Origin: the human T2T-CHM13v2.0 reference genome, Homo sapiens
NCBI RefSeq assembly: GCF_009914755.1
Contig: NC_060930.1
Length of the DNA: 64,000 nucleotides
Strand: one strand, 5' to 3'
Program-made: the position numbers and the translations under genes
Notes under the pieces: generated by a model
What the model was told of the DNA's origin: nothing
The model's input: only the letters and a program-made list of their open reading frames with translations
Database searches by the model: none
Shown: one piece after another, positions 1 to 12,200 of the stretch
Position numbering within the stretch: position 1 is the stretch's first letter
Layout: each line of letters starts with the position of its first letter

Positions 1-245
1 CCTAGCCCCCGATATTAGTCAATTTTATACTCTGCTTCTAGGAGTTTAACTGTTTTAGATTCAGCATACAAATGTTATGCATTATTTGTTCTTCTAAGTC
101 TGGCTTATTTCACTTAACATGATATTCTCCAGGCTCATCCACATTGTCGCAAATTGCAGTACATCCTTCTTTTTTAAGGCTGAATAAGATTGCATTGTAT
201 GTGTACACCACATTCTCTTCATCCATTCATTTGTGAATAAACATC
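1..245 (-). mobile_element. Old L1M 3' end fragment
   Basis: TGGCTTATTTCACTTAACATGATATTCTCCAGGCTCATCCACATTGT...TTTTAAGGCTGAATA is typical antisense L1 ORF2-end/3'UTR sequence. Confidence 0.85.
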
Positions 246-1479
246 TATCTTTTCAAAACTACAATACCCCTTGTATCTTACTATCATTGAAAAAAATAGT
301 TTTCATTATTATAAAGTAAATCAGTTTGTGAGTTTGACTTTATATGTGCCACAATCTATAGCTAAACATGGTTTTGACATATGTTGGGGAAGATGTAGTG
401 GCATATTTCATTCTGCAATCAAGGATTTAAAAACTATACCTGAAAATATCTAGTTCAAAGCCTGCTTCATATGAAGGTTTAAAAATCACTAATTCAGTTT
501 AACTTGAAACAATAATGATTTGCTGTGTTAAACACAATATTTTAAACATTTAAACAAATTTGTTGCAAATAAACTGAAATACTCAGAAAAGGAACTATAA
601 GAATACTCTGTCTTTGAAGTAACATTGTATGCTGTTATTTACAAACTTTTTCTCTAATCATTGCCAATGTTTTCTCTACATATCAGGTAATTAACTTGAC
701 TTAGCATCATTGTGTTTACCTCTCAGTTACTCTTCATTGAACACTTTTCAAATGCCTTCTATTTTTCTTATTTGGATTTGGCAAATTATCTTGCTAACAT
801 TCTTTCAAAATGACTTTTAAGGACCTCTGGTATATCAATTTATTCACTGTATTGATTTCATTATGCATTAGTTGAACCAACTGTTGCAAACCTTTCAAAA
901 CACTATTGTTTTTTGCTTGCTTTGCAGCTTCATTTTGGGTATAATTGACAAAACTGTTTACGCCCTTTAGAGTTTACTCCAATTGTTAAAGTTTTCATAA
1001 TAACAAGCAATTGTTTCTTGGACCTATTCTTTGTTTTCTGTTGAATATTTTCTGAGTTAATAGTTTGAGTGATCTCTTTTAAACAGTGAAAAATCTAAAA
1101 TTGTGTTGGTTAAAATTGCATTGTTTTTGTTTCTTTCAAATCCTGACCTTCAAAATGGAACATAATTTTAAAATATAATTACTAGAATTGAGTTATCATC
1201 TAATCATAAGTAAACACCTTTTTGTATTTTATGAAAATGAGCTTTAACAAGCAAGAGAATGAAAACATCTCAAAACAAAAAGTAGTATCTAACACAAATA
1301 GATATTACCCTTTAAAATATGAGTGATCAAGGTAAGTTCAGAAAATGTTCCATATTCCAAATAACCTTCCCTCCCCCCAAAAAAACCATGAAAATAAAAC
1401 ATCATTGATAATATAATCTGTTTATTAAAAACAAAATGTTATAGGATAGGTTTTGATAGTTAATTTAAATTGTATCAAT

Positions 1480-1718
1480 GTATATCAATGTATAAACACA
1501 GACATAATACACACATAAATATAGTTATATAGGCATACACATATAGGTATAGGTATACGTACCTATACCTATATGTATATGCATATGTGTATGTATGAAT
1601 ACATGCACATATACATAAATTCATATAAATGTATACAATTTAAATTCACATTAGTACCAAATATATGTATATAGGCATGTGCATTTCTATCTGTGTGTGT
1701 GTGTGTGTGTGTGTGTGT
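1480..1718. repeat. TA/CA/TG low-complexity tract ending in (TG)n at 1692-1718
   Basis: Directly visible. Confidence 0.9.
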
Positions 1719-1727
1719 ATAACACAC

Positions 1728-1946
1728 AATCGCCCTTTAATATTCGTGGGTTCTAACTCCTCATATTGACCTAGCCCCATATATAAAAGACAGTAATTGT
1801 GAGATGTGGAAACCACTGATACTGAGAGACTGACTTTAGTAATCCTGGCTTTTGCAGGGCCTACTGTGGAACTTGAGCATCCACGGACTTTGGTAGACGG
1901 GGTGGTCCTGGAACCAGTGCCCCAGAGGTACCCCAGGATGGCTGTG
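1728..1946 (-). mobile_element. MER2/MER2B-like TcMar-Tigger MITE
   Basis: ACTTGAGCATCCACGGACTTTGGTAGACGGGGTGGTCCTGGAACCAGTGCCCCAGAGGTACCCCAGGATGGCTG resembles the reverse complement of the MER2 terminus. Confidence 0.75.
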
Positions 1947-3989
1947 TATGTAAATATTTATAAGTTTAAATACAGATTGTGTCATGAAAAACCTTTAAAT
2001 ATGGTGAGTTCTTTGGTCCCAGCCAATTTTCTTTAACTACTTTGTCTTCACAAACTAATAAGACGCCCATACAATGATATAATTTCAAGATTGTTCTGTG
2101 AAGTTTTATTCATGGTAGAGACAAATGAAAATAATATTGATGTCTAATGTCAAATAATTTGTTAATTAAGATAAAGTCTATAGCTATTTTACAGTATAGA
2201 CTAATATAAAAATAGTAAGAATTATATCTTAAAGGGCATGTAACATATTAATAAGTGAAATTATAAAAAATTACAAAGCAATGCATGCATACAGTATAAC
2301 ACTAATATATACTAACATAAACACATGTATATAAGTACACAATAAAATATATTACTTATAAATTAATATTTAATTTTCATGAACAACTATTATTCTCTAA
2401 TTCTATTTAACTATTATTAGCTCTAGATAATTTTTAAATTTTTGTTTCCACAGCTTCTACTTGATAACATGTAATTTATAAATATAAAATTTTTTAAAAG
2501 CAGCTCTAAATACATACACATACACACATTAAAATAACAAGAGATTTTTTTTTCTTGTTCAAATAATGTTAATCTTAAAATTTCATCTGTGGTTTGAATA
2601 TACAATAAGGAAAATTACTGCTAGGATGAGAAGTTGCCTTGCTTTTTTTCTGTAAGTGGAATCTACACTCTGAAGCTAGAAGAAGAGGTCCTTCTTGAAG
2701 GAAAAGTTCTCTGATTGTTCATTGATATTACCAGTTCCTGAACCTCTATGGTAACACTAGTTTGAGGAAAGCAGTAGCTAACATTCTTAAAAGAGTGATA
2801 AGTGCATCCTTTTGAAGTTGAATCTGCTAAATAGGAATAGCCTATCTGTCTTTTCTTGCTATTTAGTGTAGTGATGCTTTTATCATAATGAGAAATATGG
2901 TCTAGGAGGTTGGCTGAGTGGGAACCCCTGGGGTAAGAAAAGTGAACCCATTTGCTAGAAAATATGCTACATTGTATTACTCAGAGTTAGAGGGCTTTCG
3001 TGAAAAATTCATTAACGCGAAAAGCAATGATGGTGTTTCATGACAAGGATGTGTCATATGCCAATAGATGAAAATAAAATTTGTATGTAAATTGTGATAC
3101 AAATTCAGTGCAGCAGTCAAAGTGGGTGTAATAGTATGTCCCATCTTATTTAGCAGTTTGCATGCTCAAAGAATAGTTAACCTGCCTGTATGCATTCTTA
3201 GCATGCACAAATGTATATACATATATACACGAAAACATAGGCATATACATATAAATATACAAATACATACAGATGTATATATAATTGTAAAAAATAAAGC
3301 TTTTAGTCCTAAAAATCTTGGTATTTGTATGGCTAGATAATTTAAAACTTTCTCTTTGAAACAAGAGTAATCATACATATTTTTAAAGTAGAACTTTAAG
3401 ATGGAATACAGGAATAAGTTTTTGGTGCTGGAATTATCAGATATTTAAAAATTCATAATTTCATTTATTCTGTTTTTAAAAATATCTATAATAACATTTT
3501 GCTTTATATTTCAGAAATAGAATGCTTATTAAAAAGAAAGACATCAGTGGATTAAATTACAAAATAATCATTTCTGTCTAAATGATCTATTTTGGTGTAA
3601 GAGGAGGCCAAAGAGAGGGATTTTAAGTATGCCATAATCATATTAGTTTTTCCTACTTAACTTCAGAGGTGTTATGGGAGTAGTTTATATAGTTTAGGGT
3701 GACTTCACTCTTATTTCTAATCATTCAAGTTTTTCTAAAGCTGGTTTATATCTCAAATGTGTTGTAATAATTTTAGGAAAAAGGGAATATGTTCTACTTG
3801 TATGGAAAAATACAGAACAGATTTAAAGACAAGCATTTTTTTAAAGAAAAGATGGTTAGTAATCTCTTAAAAGCCCATCACTTTTATATTTTTTTAAATA
3901 TTAAAGATATCTTGTTTATCAAAGTTTTTTCCTTAGTTTATATAATTTATATTTATTGTATAAACTTTATTTTTGAACAGTTTTATATA

Positions 3990-5120
3990 GCACTAGGAGA
4001 TACTCTAGGCTAATTTGCATATCCTCTGACCTAGTCTTGGAATCAACCATTTCTTTAAGAATCTCTGGTTTCTTTAATTGAAAAGTTGTATTAGGAACCA
4101 AGATCTAGGCTCTAGGTGTGATTATTGCTGCTGGAGTGTCATTAAACCTAGGCCCTGTCAGCTGGCAGAACAAGGACAAATATGTGTGTATACTGACATA
4201 TGTATATATGTATATATATGCATATATTTCTATGTGTAACCACCTGTAGCTATAGTAAGCTAAACGTGAATTCATACCGATGTCTTCCACTCTACTCCCT
4301 TAGCACTTGGATGATTCTACACTCCTCCCCTTTCTGATCTGTAATCTGTCACTCCAATAATAAAAACCTGGCTCTCACAACCTGTCATCTATGTAATTAT
4401 TTAACTCCAGTGGGCATATATATATATATTTATTTATTATATATAATAATTAATATTATTAAAATATGAGTTACTCAAAGTAACTACAGATTCCATATAT
4501 ATATATAATAGTTTCAGAATGTTAACCCATATCTTCACAGAAAAAAATTATCAACAACAGTACAGTGCTAATATGTCATTTAATCACATAGATTCCATTC
4601 ATTTTCAAAATGACTTAAGTGAGCACTTTTTCCCACATAACTTCAGTAAAGTTGTTTCATACATTTTAAGACACTTAGTTTTTTTTCATTCTATACTGGA
4701 ATACCTGGATCTCCTAAATAATTTTCTAAAATTTGCATGCATTAAGTTTATTTTTTGCAATGTACAGTTATATGGATTTAAACAAATACATAGTGTCATG
4801 TGTCCACCTTCATAGTATCATACAGAATAGTTTCACTGCCCTAGAAAGATCTGAGATACATTACCTACTGAAGCTTCCTCTCTCAAACCACGGGTCCTTG
4901 GTAACTACTGATATGTTTATAGTGTGCATAATTTTGCATGTGCATGGTGTTGTATAATTGAAATTACACAGTTGCAGACTTTTAGAATTAGTTTCCTTCA
5001 CTGAGAAATATGCCCTTAAGATTCATTCATGTCTTTTCATGGATGAATATCTCGTTTATTTTTATCACTGTATTGTATTCCTTGTATGAACATAACAGTT
5101 TTTTTATTATTCATTCACCA
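3990..5120 (-). mobile_element. L1MC-type 3'UTR (host element, continues at ~7205-7560)
   Basis: GGAATCAACCATTTC...GAACCAAGATCTAGGCTCTAGGTGTG and TATCATACAGAATAGTTTCACTGCCCTA are L1MC/L1MD 3'UTR antisense motifs. Confidence 0.75.
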
Positions 5121-5177
5121 ACACTCTTTGACCACTCCTATTCAACATAGCACTGGAAGTCCTAGCCAGAGCAAATA

Positions 5178-5226
<49 letters not shown>

Positions 5227-7203
5227 AAATAGAGGACATCTACATCAAAAAGAAGAAATCAAATTATCTTTGTTTGCAGATAATCTGATCTTAAATTTAG
5301 AAAATCCTAAAGAACACACCAAAAACTCTCAGAACTAACAAGTGGATTCAGTAAAGTTGCAGACTACAAAATCAACATGCAAAAAATCAATTGCATTTCT
5401 ATACCCTAACAATGATCAATCTGAAAAATAAATCAAAGCAGCAATTCTATTTACAACAGCTACAAAATATAAGACACCTAGGAATAAATTTAACCAAAGC
5501 AGTGGAGGATCTCTACAAAGAAAACTGTAAAACACTGATTAAAAACACTGAAGAGGATACAAAAAATGAAAACATACATTATGCTCATGGATTGAAAGAA
5601 TTAATATTATTAAAATATCTGTGTTACTCAAAGTAACTAGAGATTCAATGCAATTCCTATCAAAATACCAATGAAATTCGTCATGGAGATAGAAAAAAAA
5701 GCCTTAAAATTTGTATGGAAACACAAAAGACCCTGAAAAGCTAAAGCAAGGCTGATCAAAAAGAACAAAGCTGGAGGCATAAAACTGCCCAATTTCAAGT
5801 TATACAACAAAGCAATAGTAACCAAAACAGTATGATTCTGAGATAAAAACAGACACATAGACCAATAGAATGTAATAGAGAACACAAAAATAAATCCCTA
5901 TGCTCACAGCCAACTCATTTTGGACAAAGTTGCAAAGAACATCCATTGAGAAGATGACAGTCTCTTTAGTAAATGGTACTGGAAAAACTAGATATCCGTA
6001 TGTAGAAAAACAAAACTAAATCCCCATCTTTCATCATATACAAAAAAACAACTCAAAAAGGATTAAAGACCTAAACGTAAGACCTAAAATTATGAAAGTG
6101 CTAAAATAAAACATTGGGAAAATGCTGCAGAACACTGCTTTGGGCAAAAAAAAAATTTGGTGAGACCTCAAAAGCACAGACAACAAAGCCAAAATAGACA
6201 AATGAGATTGCATCAAGCTAAAAGTTTCTGCACAGTAAAAGAAACAATGAGTCAAGTGAAGAAATAACCTACACAATGGGAGAAAATATTTGCAAACTCT
6301 TCTTCCTACAAGGGATTAATAAGCAGGACATATAAAAAAAACTCAAACATCTCAATAGCAAAAAAAAAAAAAAAAAGATTATAAAATGTGCAAAAAACCC
6401 GAACAGATATTTCTCAAAGAAAGACATACCAGTAGTCAACAGGTATGCAAAAACTGTTGGTGGGAATGTAAATTAATACAGCCACTATGGAAAACATTAT
6501 GGAAGTTCCTCAAAAAGCAAAAATTACAAATACCATATGATCCAGTAATCTCACTGCTGTATATATATCCAAAAGAAAGGAAATCAGCATATTGAAGAGG
6601 TACATGCACTCCCATGTTTATTGCAGCACTATCTGCAATAGCCAAAATATGGTATCAATCTAAGTGTCCATCAATGGATGAAGGAGTAAAGAAAATGTAG
6701 CATACACACAACAGAATATTACTAAGCCACAAAAAATAATGAAATCCTGTCATTTGCAGCAACCTGGATGAAAATGGAGGTCATTGTGTTAAGTCTATTA
6801 AACTAGGCACAGAAAGACAAATAGCACATATTCTCACTCCTATGTGGGAGCTGAGAATGAATCTCATGGAGGTAGAGATTAGAACGATGGTTACCAAAGG
6901 GTGGAAAGGAAAGCGGGGAGGAGGGGATAAACGGAAGTTAGTTAAGGGGTATAAAAATACAGTTAGGTAAAAGAAATAAGTCCTAGTATTTGATAGTACA
7001 GTATGGAAATTATAGTTAATAATTTATTGTATATTTTAAAATTGCTAGAAGAGAAGCATTGTATAATCTCTACACAAAGAAAAGATAAATGTTTGAGGTG
7101 ATGGATACCAAATTACTCTGCTTTGATTTTCATACATTGTATACAGGTATCAAAATATCACATGTACCCCCAAAATACGTGCAACGATTACATATCAATA
7201 TAA
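5121..7203 (+). mobile_element. 5'-truncated L1MA-type element (ORF2 C-terminal half plus 3'UTR), decayed
   Basis: ORF2-like translation (HLGINLTKAVEDLYKENCKTLIK; QPLWKTLWKFLKK..IPYDPVI), L1MA-type 3'UTR; internal deletion near 6450; A-runs at 5181-5225 and 6360-6376. Confidence 0.9.
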
Positions 7204-7560
7204 AGACATACTGGCTGCTTCTCATTTTTAGGGATTGTAAACAAAGCTGCTATAAAGATTGTCATGCAGGTTTTTGTTTGGTCCTAAAGTTTTCAGATCA
7301 GTTTTGCAAATACCCATGAGTGTGATTGCTGGTGATTATTTATAGTTTTGTAAGAAACTGCTAAAATATCCTCCAAAATTGTAGCATGCTGATTTCCCAC
7401 TAGCAATTAGTGATCCAGTTTTTCTGCATGCCTGTTGTGTGTTATATTATTACATTGGTTGATTTTTTAATATTGTACTGGCTTTTTAGGCCTTTAATAA
7501 ATTCCACTTGTCATGGTCTATATTTCTTTTTATTTACTGTTATATTTAATTTGTTAATAT
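7204..7560 (-). mobile_element. Continuation of the antisense L1MC host
   Basis: ACAAAGCTGCTATAAAGATT..TGCAGGTTTTTG..GTAAGAAACTGC resumes antisense L1 sequence interrupted at 5120. Confidence 0.65.
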
Positions 7561-7589
7561 TTTTGAGTACATCAAATATATACATTTAA

Positions 7590-8450
7590 CCATGTAAGTT
7601 ACAGACAGCTAGAAATTCCCCTAATATTTGGTGATTAAACAACACACTTACAAATAACACATGGCTCAAAGAATAAGTTTCAAAAAATTTTAAATACTTT
7701 GGACAAAATTAAAATTAAAACACAATTTATCAAAATGTGTAGAATATTGTAAAATTGTGCTTTGAGTGAAATTTTTAGTATAAATGCATACACAAGAAAA
7801 AATGAAAGATCTTAAATTTATCTGAAGTCAATAATGTAAGTTTCCATCTTAGGTAACTGTTTAAAAAATAGAAATGTAAGCCTACAGCAAGATAAAGTAA
7901 ATAAAGCATAAAAATTAAAGCAAATATTAGTGAAATTGAAAACAGGAAACCAATGGAGAAAATTAGCTAAGCCATAACCTAACTCCTTGAAAGATCAGTA
8001 AAATTAATTAACCTCTCATTAGAGAAACCAATGAAAAAGAAAATGAACTAATTATCAGAAATGAAAGAGAGGTTAATCTCATGGCCATTAATATGGCAAT
8101 AAAGGAAACCATGAGCAATTCTACGATCATAAATTTTATATCTTATATGTAATGAATCAATCCTTTCAAAGACACAAATTATTACAACTCAAGAAAAGAT
8201 AAATAGATAATTTGAGTAAATCCAGATCTGATTTACTCAACATTAAAGACAGTGAATCATTAATTAAAATCTCTTCTAGAAAATAGAAATAGAGGGAACA
8301 TTTCCCAACACATTTTATTAAGTCATTATTATCCTAACACCAAAACTAGATAAAGCTATTGCAAGAAAGGAAAAATATAGACCAATATTTCTCATGAGCA
8401 AAATTTCTGAAGAAAATATTAGCAAAGTTAATTCAACGAGGTACAAAATC
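7590..8450 (+). mobile_element. Old L1M ORF2 internal fragment
   Basis: ATTAAACAACACACTTACAAATAACACATGG...CCAAAACTAGATAAAG..GAAAATATAGACCAATATTTCTCATGA. Confidence 0.75.
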
Positions 8451-8751
8451 ATTTTTAATATTTTTATGTAAATATTGTACAATCCTTTTTCTTTTCTCGA
8501 AGGTTTCTTAGAATATTTTATTACTCCATGAACATGTGAATCTTCCCTGAAACCAGTTTGGCTATGATTCTGACCTCATACTACCATATCACCAGAAAAC
8601 TTCACCCAGGACTGAGATCCATTTCCTGAAAGTTTTGTTTCCAACAGAAGTCCTCCTACAAACTGGGCAGACAACTTAGAATTGTAAGACTACCACCACC
8701 AAATCACTATGTTTGACATCTTTGGAAATCATTCACAAATAACTTAAATTC

Positions 8752-9172
8752 AACTTTTATTTATTTTTTAATTTTTATTTTTAATTCAAAGGAATATTTT
8801 ATTGTATTTCTTTTATTTTTATTTTTTATTTCAGTAACTTAAAGAGTCAAGTGGTTTTTGGTTACATGAATGAATTTTATAGTGGTGAAGTCTAAGATTT
8901 TAGTGTACCCATCAACTGAAAGTAGTGTGCATTGTAACCAATAGGCAGTTTTTCATCTCTCACTTCTCTCCTACCCTATCCCCTTCTGAGTTTCCAACTT
9001 CCATTATACCACTCTGTATGCCTTTGCGTACACATAGCTTAGTCCTACTTATAAGTGAGAATATGTGGTATTTTCTTTTTAATTCCTGAGTTACTTTACT
9101 TAGAATAATGACTTCTAGTTCTATCCAGGTGGCTGCAAAAGACATTATTTTTTATGGCTAAGTATTCCATGG

Positions 9173-9210
<38 letters not shown>

Positions 9211-12200
9211 ATTACATTTTCTTTATTCACTCATCAATTGGTGGGCTTTTAGTTTGATTCTGTATCTTTGCAATTGTGAATTGTGCTACAATAAATATAC
9301 AGGTGCAGGCTCTTTTTGATATAGTGACTTTCTTTCCTTTAGGTAGATACCCAGTAGTGGAATTGCTGGATCGAGTGGTAGATCTATATTTAGTTATTTG
9401 AGAAATCTCTATACTGTTTTCCGTAAAGGTTGTAATAATTTACATTCCCACTAGAGGTGTATAAGCATTCCTTTTTCATTATATCCATACCAACATTCAT
9501 TACTCTTTGACTTTTTAATAATGTTTTTTGTGTGTGTGGCTGGGGTAAAGGTGGTATCTCGTGGTTTTAACTTGCATTTCCCTAATGATTAATGATGTTG
9601 AGCATTTTTTTCATATGCTTGTTGGACATTTGTATATCTTCCTTTGAGAAATGCCTATTCATGTCTTTGCCTATTTTTTAATGTGATAATTTATTTTTTT
9701 CTCACTGATTTGTTTGAGTCCCTTATAGATTCTGGATATTACTGCTTCGTTGGATATGTAATTTGCAAATATTTTCTCCCATTCTGTAAGTTGCCTGTTT
9801 ACTCTGATAATTATTTCTTTTGCTTTGCAGAAGCTTTTTTAGTTTAATTAGGACCCATTTATTTATTTTCTTTTTGTTGCATTTACTTTGGAGTTCTTAG
9901 TTATAAACTCTTAGTCTAGGCCAATGTCCAGAAGAGTTTTTCCTAGGTTTTCTTCTAGAACTTGTATGGTTTTCGGGTCTCAGATTTAAGCCTTTAATCC
10001 ATCTTGAGTTAATTTTTATATATGGTGAGAAATAAAAATTCCCATTAATTCTTCTACATGTGGCTATTTGATTTACCCAGCACCATTTATTGAATATAGT
10101 GTCCTTTCCACAATTTATGATTTTGCATGCTTTTTTGAAGATCAGTTGATTGTATTTGGCTTTATTCTTTGATTCTCTATTCTGTTCAATTCTTTTCTAT
10201 TTCTGTTTATGTGTCTACCTTTATAACATACCAGTACCATCCTGTTTTAGTTACTATTGCTTTATAGTATAATTTGAAGTCAGATAATGTGATGCCTCCA
10301 GATTTGTTCTTTTTGCTTAGATTTGCTTTGGCTATATCAGTTATCTTTTGATTCCATGTGAATTTTAGGATTGCTTTTTCTAATTCTGTGAAAAACAATG
10401 TTTGTCTTTTGATAAAAATTGAATTGAGTCTGTAGATTGCTTTGGCAGTATGGTTATTTTAACACTATTGATTCTTCTAATCCATAAGCACGGGGTGTAT
10501 TTCCATTTGTGACATCTGTGATTTCCTTCTGCAGTATTTTGTCATTCTCATTGTAGACAACTACAATTTACCTCTTTAGTTAAGTATATTCCCAGGTTTT
10601 TTGTAATCTTTGTGTGTGAAATTCTTTTGTAGCTTTTGTAAAAGAGATTGAGTTCTTGATTTGATTCTCAGCTTGGTCATTGGTGTATAGCAGTGCTACT
10701 GATTTGTTTACATTAATTTTGTAAACTAAGACTTCACTGAATTCATTTATCAGCTCTAGAAGGCTTTTGGAGGGTCTTTAGGGTTTTCTAGGTATGAGAT
10801 CATATCATTGGCAAACAGAGATAGTTTGACTTCTTCTTTTTCAGTTTGGATGCCCTTTATTTCTTTCTCTTTTCTGATTGCTCTGCCTTGGACTTCCAGT
10901 ACTATGTTGAATAGAAGTGGTGAAGATGGACATTCTTATCTTGCTCCAGCTCTTGGAGGAAATTCTTTCAACTTTTCCCCATTCAGTATGATGTTGGCTA
11001 TGCATTTATTGTATACAGCATTTATTATTTTAATGTGTGTTCTTTCTATACCTAGTTTATTGAGGGTTTTATTGTAAAGGGATGGTAGATATTATCAAAT
11101 GCTTCCTCTGCATCTATTGAGATTATCATATAATTTTTGTTTTTAATTTCTTTTATGTGAGGAATCACGTTTGTTGACCTGTGTATGTGGAACTATACTT
11201 GCATCCCTGGAATGAAACCCACTTGATTATGATGAATTATTTTGTTGTTGTGCTGTTGGATTCAGTTTGCCAGTATTTGGTTAAGAATTTTTGCATCTAT
11301 ATTCATCAAGGATATTGGTCTGTAATTTCCCACTTCTGTTATGTCCTTTTCTAGCTTTGGTCTCACAGTGATACCGGCATCATAGAATGAGTTAGGGAGG
11401 ACTGTCTCCTTCTGGATCTTTTTGAATAGTTTCAGTAGAATTGGTGTCAATTTTTCTTTGAATGTCTGGTAGAATTCAGCTGTGAATCCATCCAGCCCCG
11501 GGTTGTTGTTGGTGGTGGTGGTGGTTGTGGTGGTAGTTTTGTAAATTACTGACTTAAAATCACTGCTTGTTATTGACTGCTCAGGATATCCATTTCTCCT
11601 GATTCAAGCTAGAGGGATGGCATGTCTCCAGGAATTTATTATTTCTTTTTGATTTTCCATTTTCTGTACATAGAGGTGTTCATTGTAATCTTGAATGATC
11701 TTTTGTATTTTTGTGGCATCAGTTGTAATGTCTCAATTGTCACTTCTAATTGAACTTGTTTGAATCTTCTCTATTTTTTTCTTGGTTAATTTAGCTAATT
11801 GTCTATCAGTTTTGTTTATCTTTTAAAAGAACCAGATTTTTTGTTTCATTAATCTTTTGTAATTTTTTTGTTTATATTTACTTTAGTTCTGGTCTGATCT
11901 TTGTCATCTATTTTCTTCTGGCAGCTTTGTATTTGGTTCCTTTTTTCTTTAGTTTCTTGAGGTGTGACTAAAAACTAGAGAAATAAATTTCTATATTGTC
12001 AATTTATTAGGTTGTCAATTTGTGACCTTTTAGACATTTTGGTGTAGACATTAAGTGCTACATACTTTCCTGTTAGCACTGCTTTTGTTTTATCCCAGAG
12101 GCTTTGGTAACTTGTGTCACTCCTGCCATTTCATTTTGAAAAGGTTATTAAATTTCTATCGTTATTTTATTGTTTAGCCCAAAATCATTCAGGAGCAAAT

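Noticed and set aside
5181-5225. Processed pseudogene or Alu tail
   Set aside because: L1 ORF2 sequence is continuous on both sides and there is no inserted body
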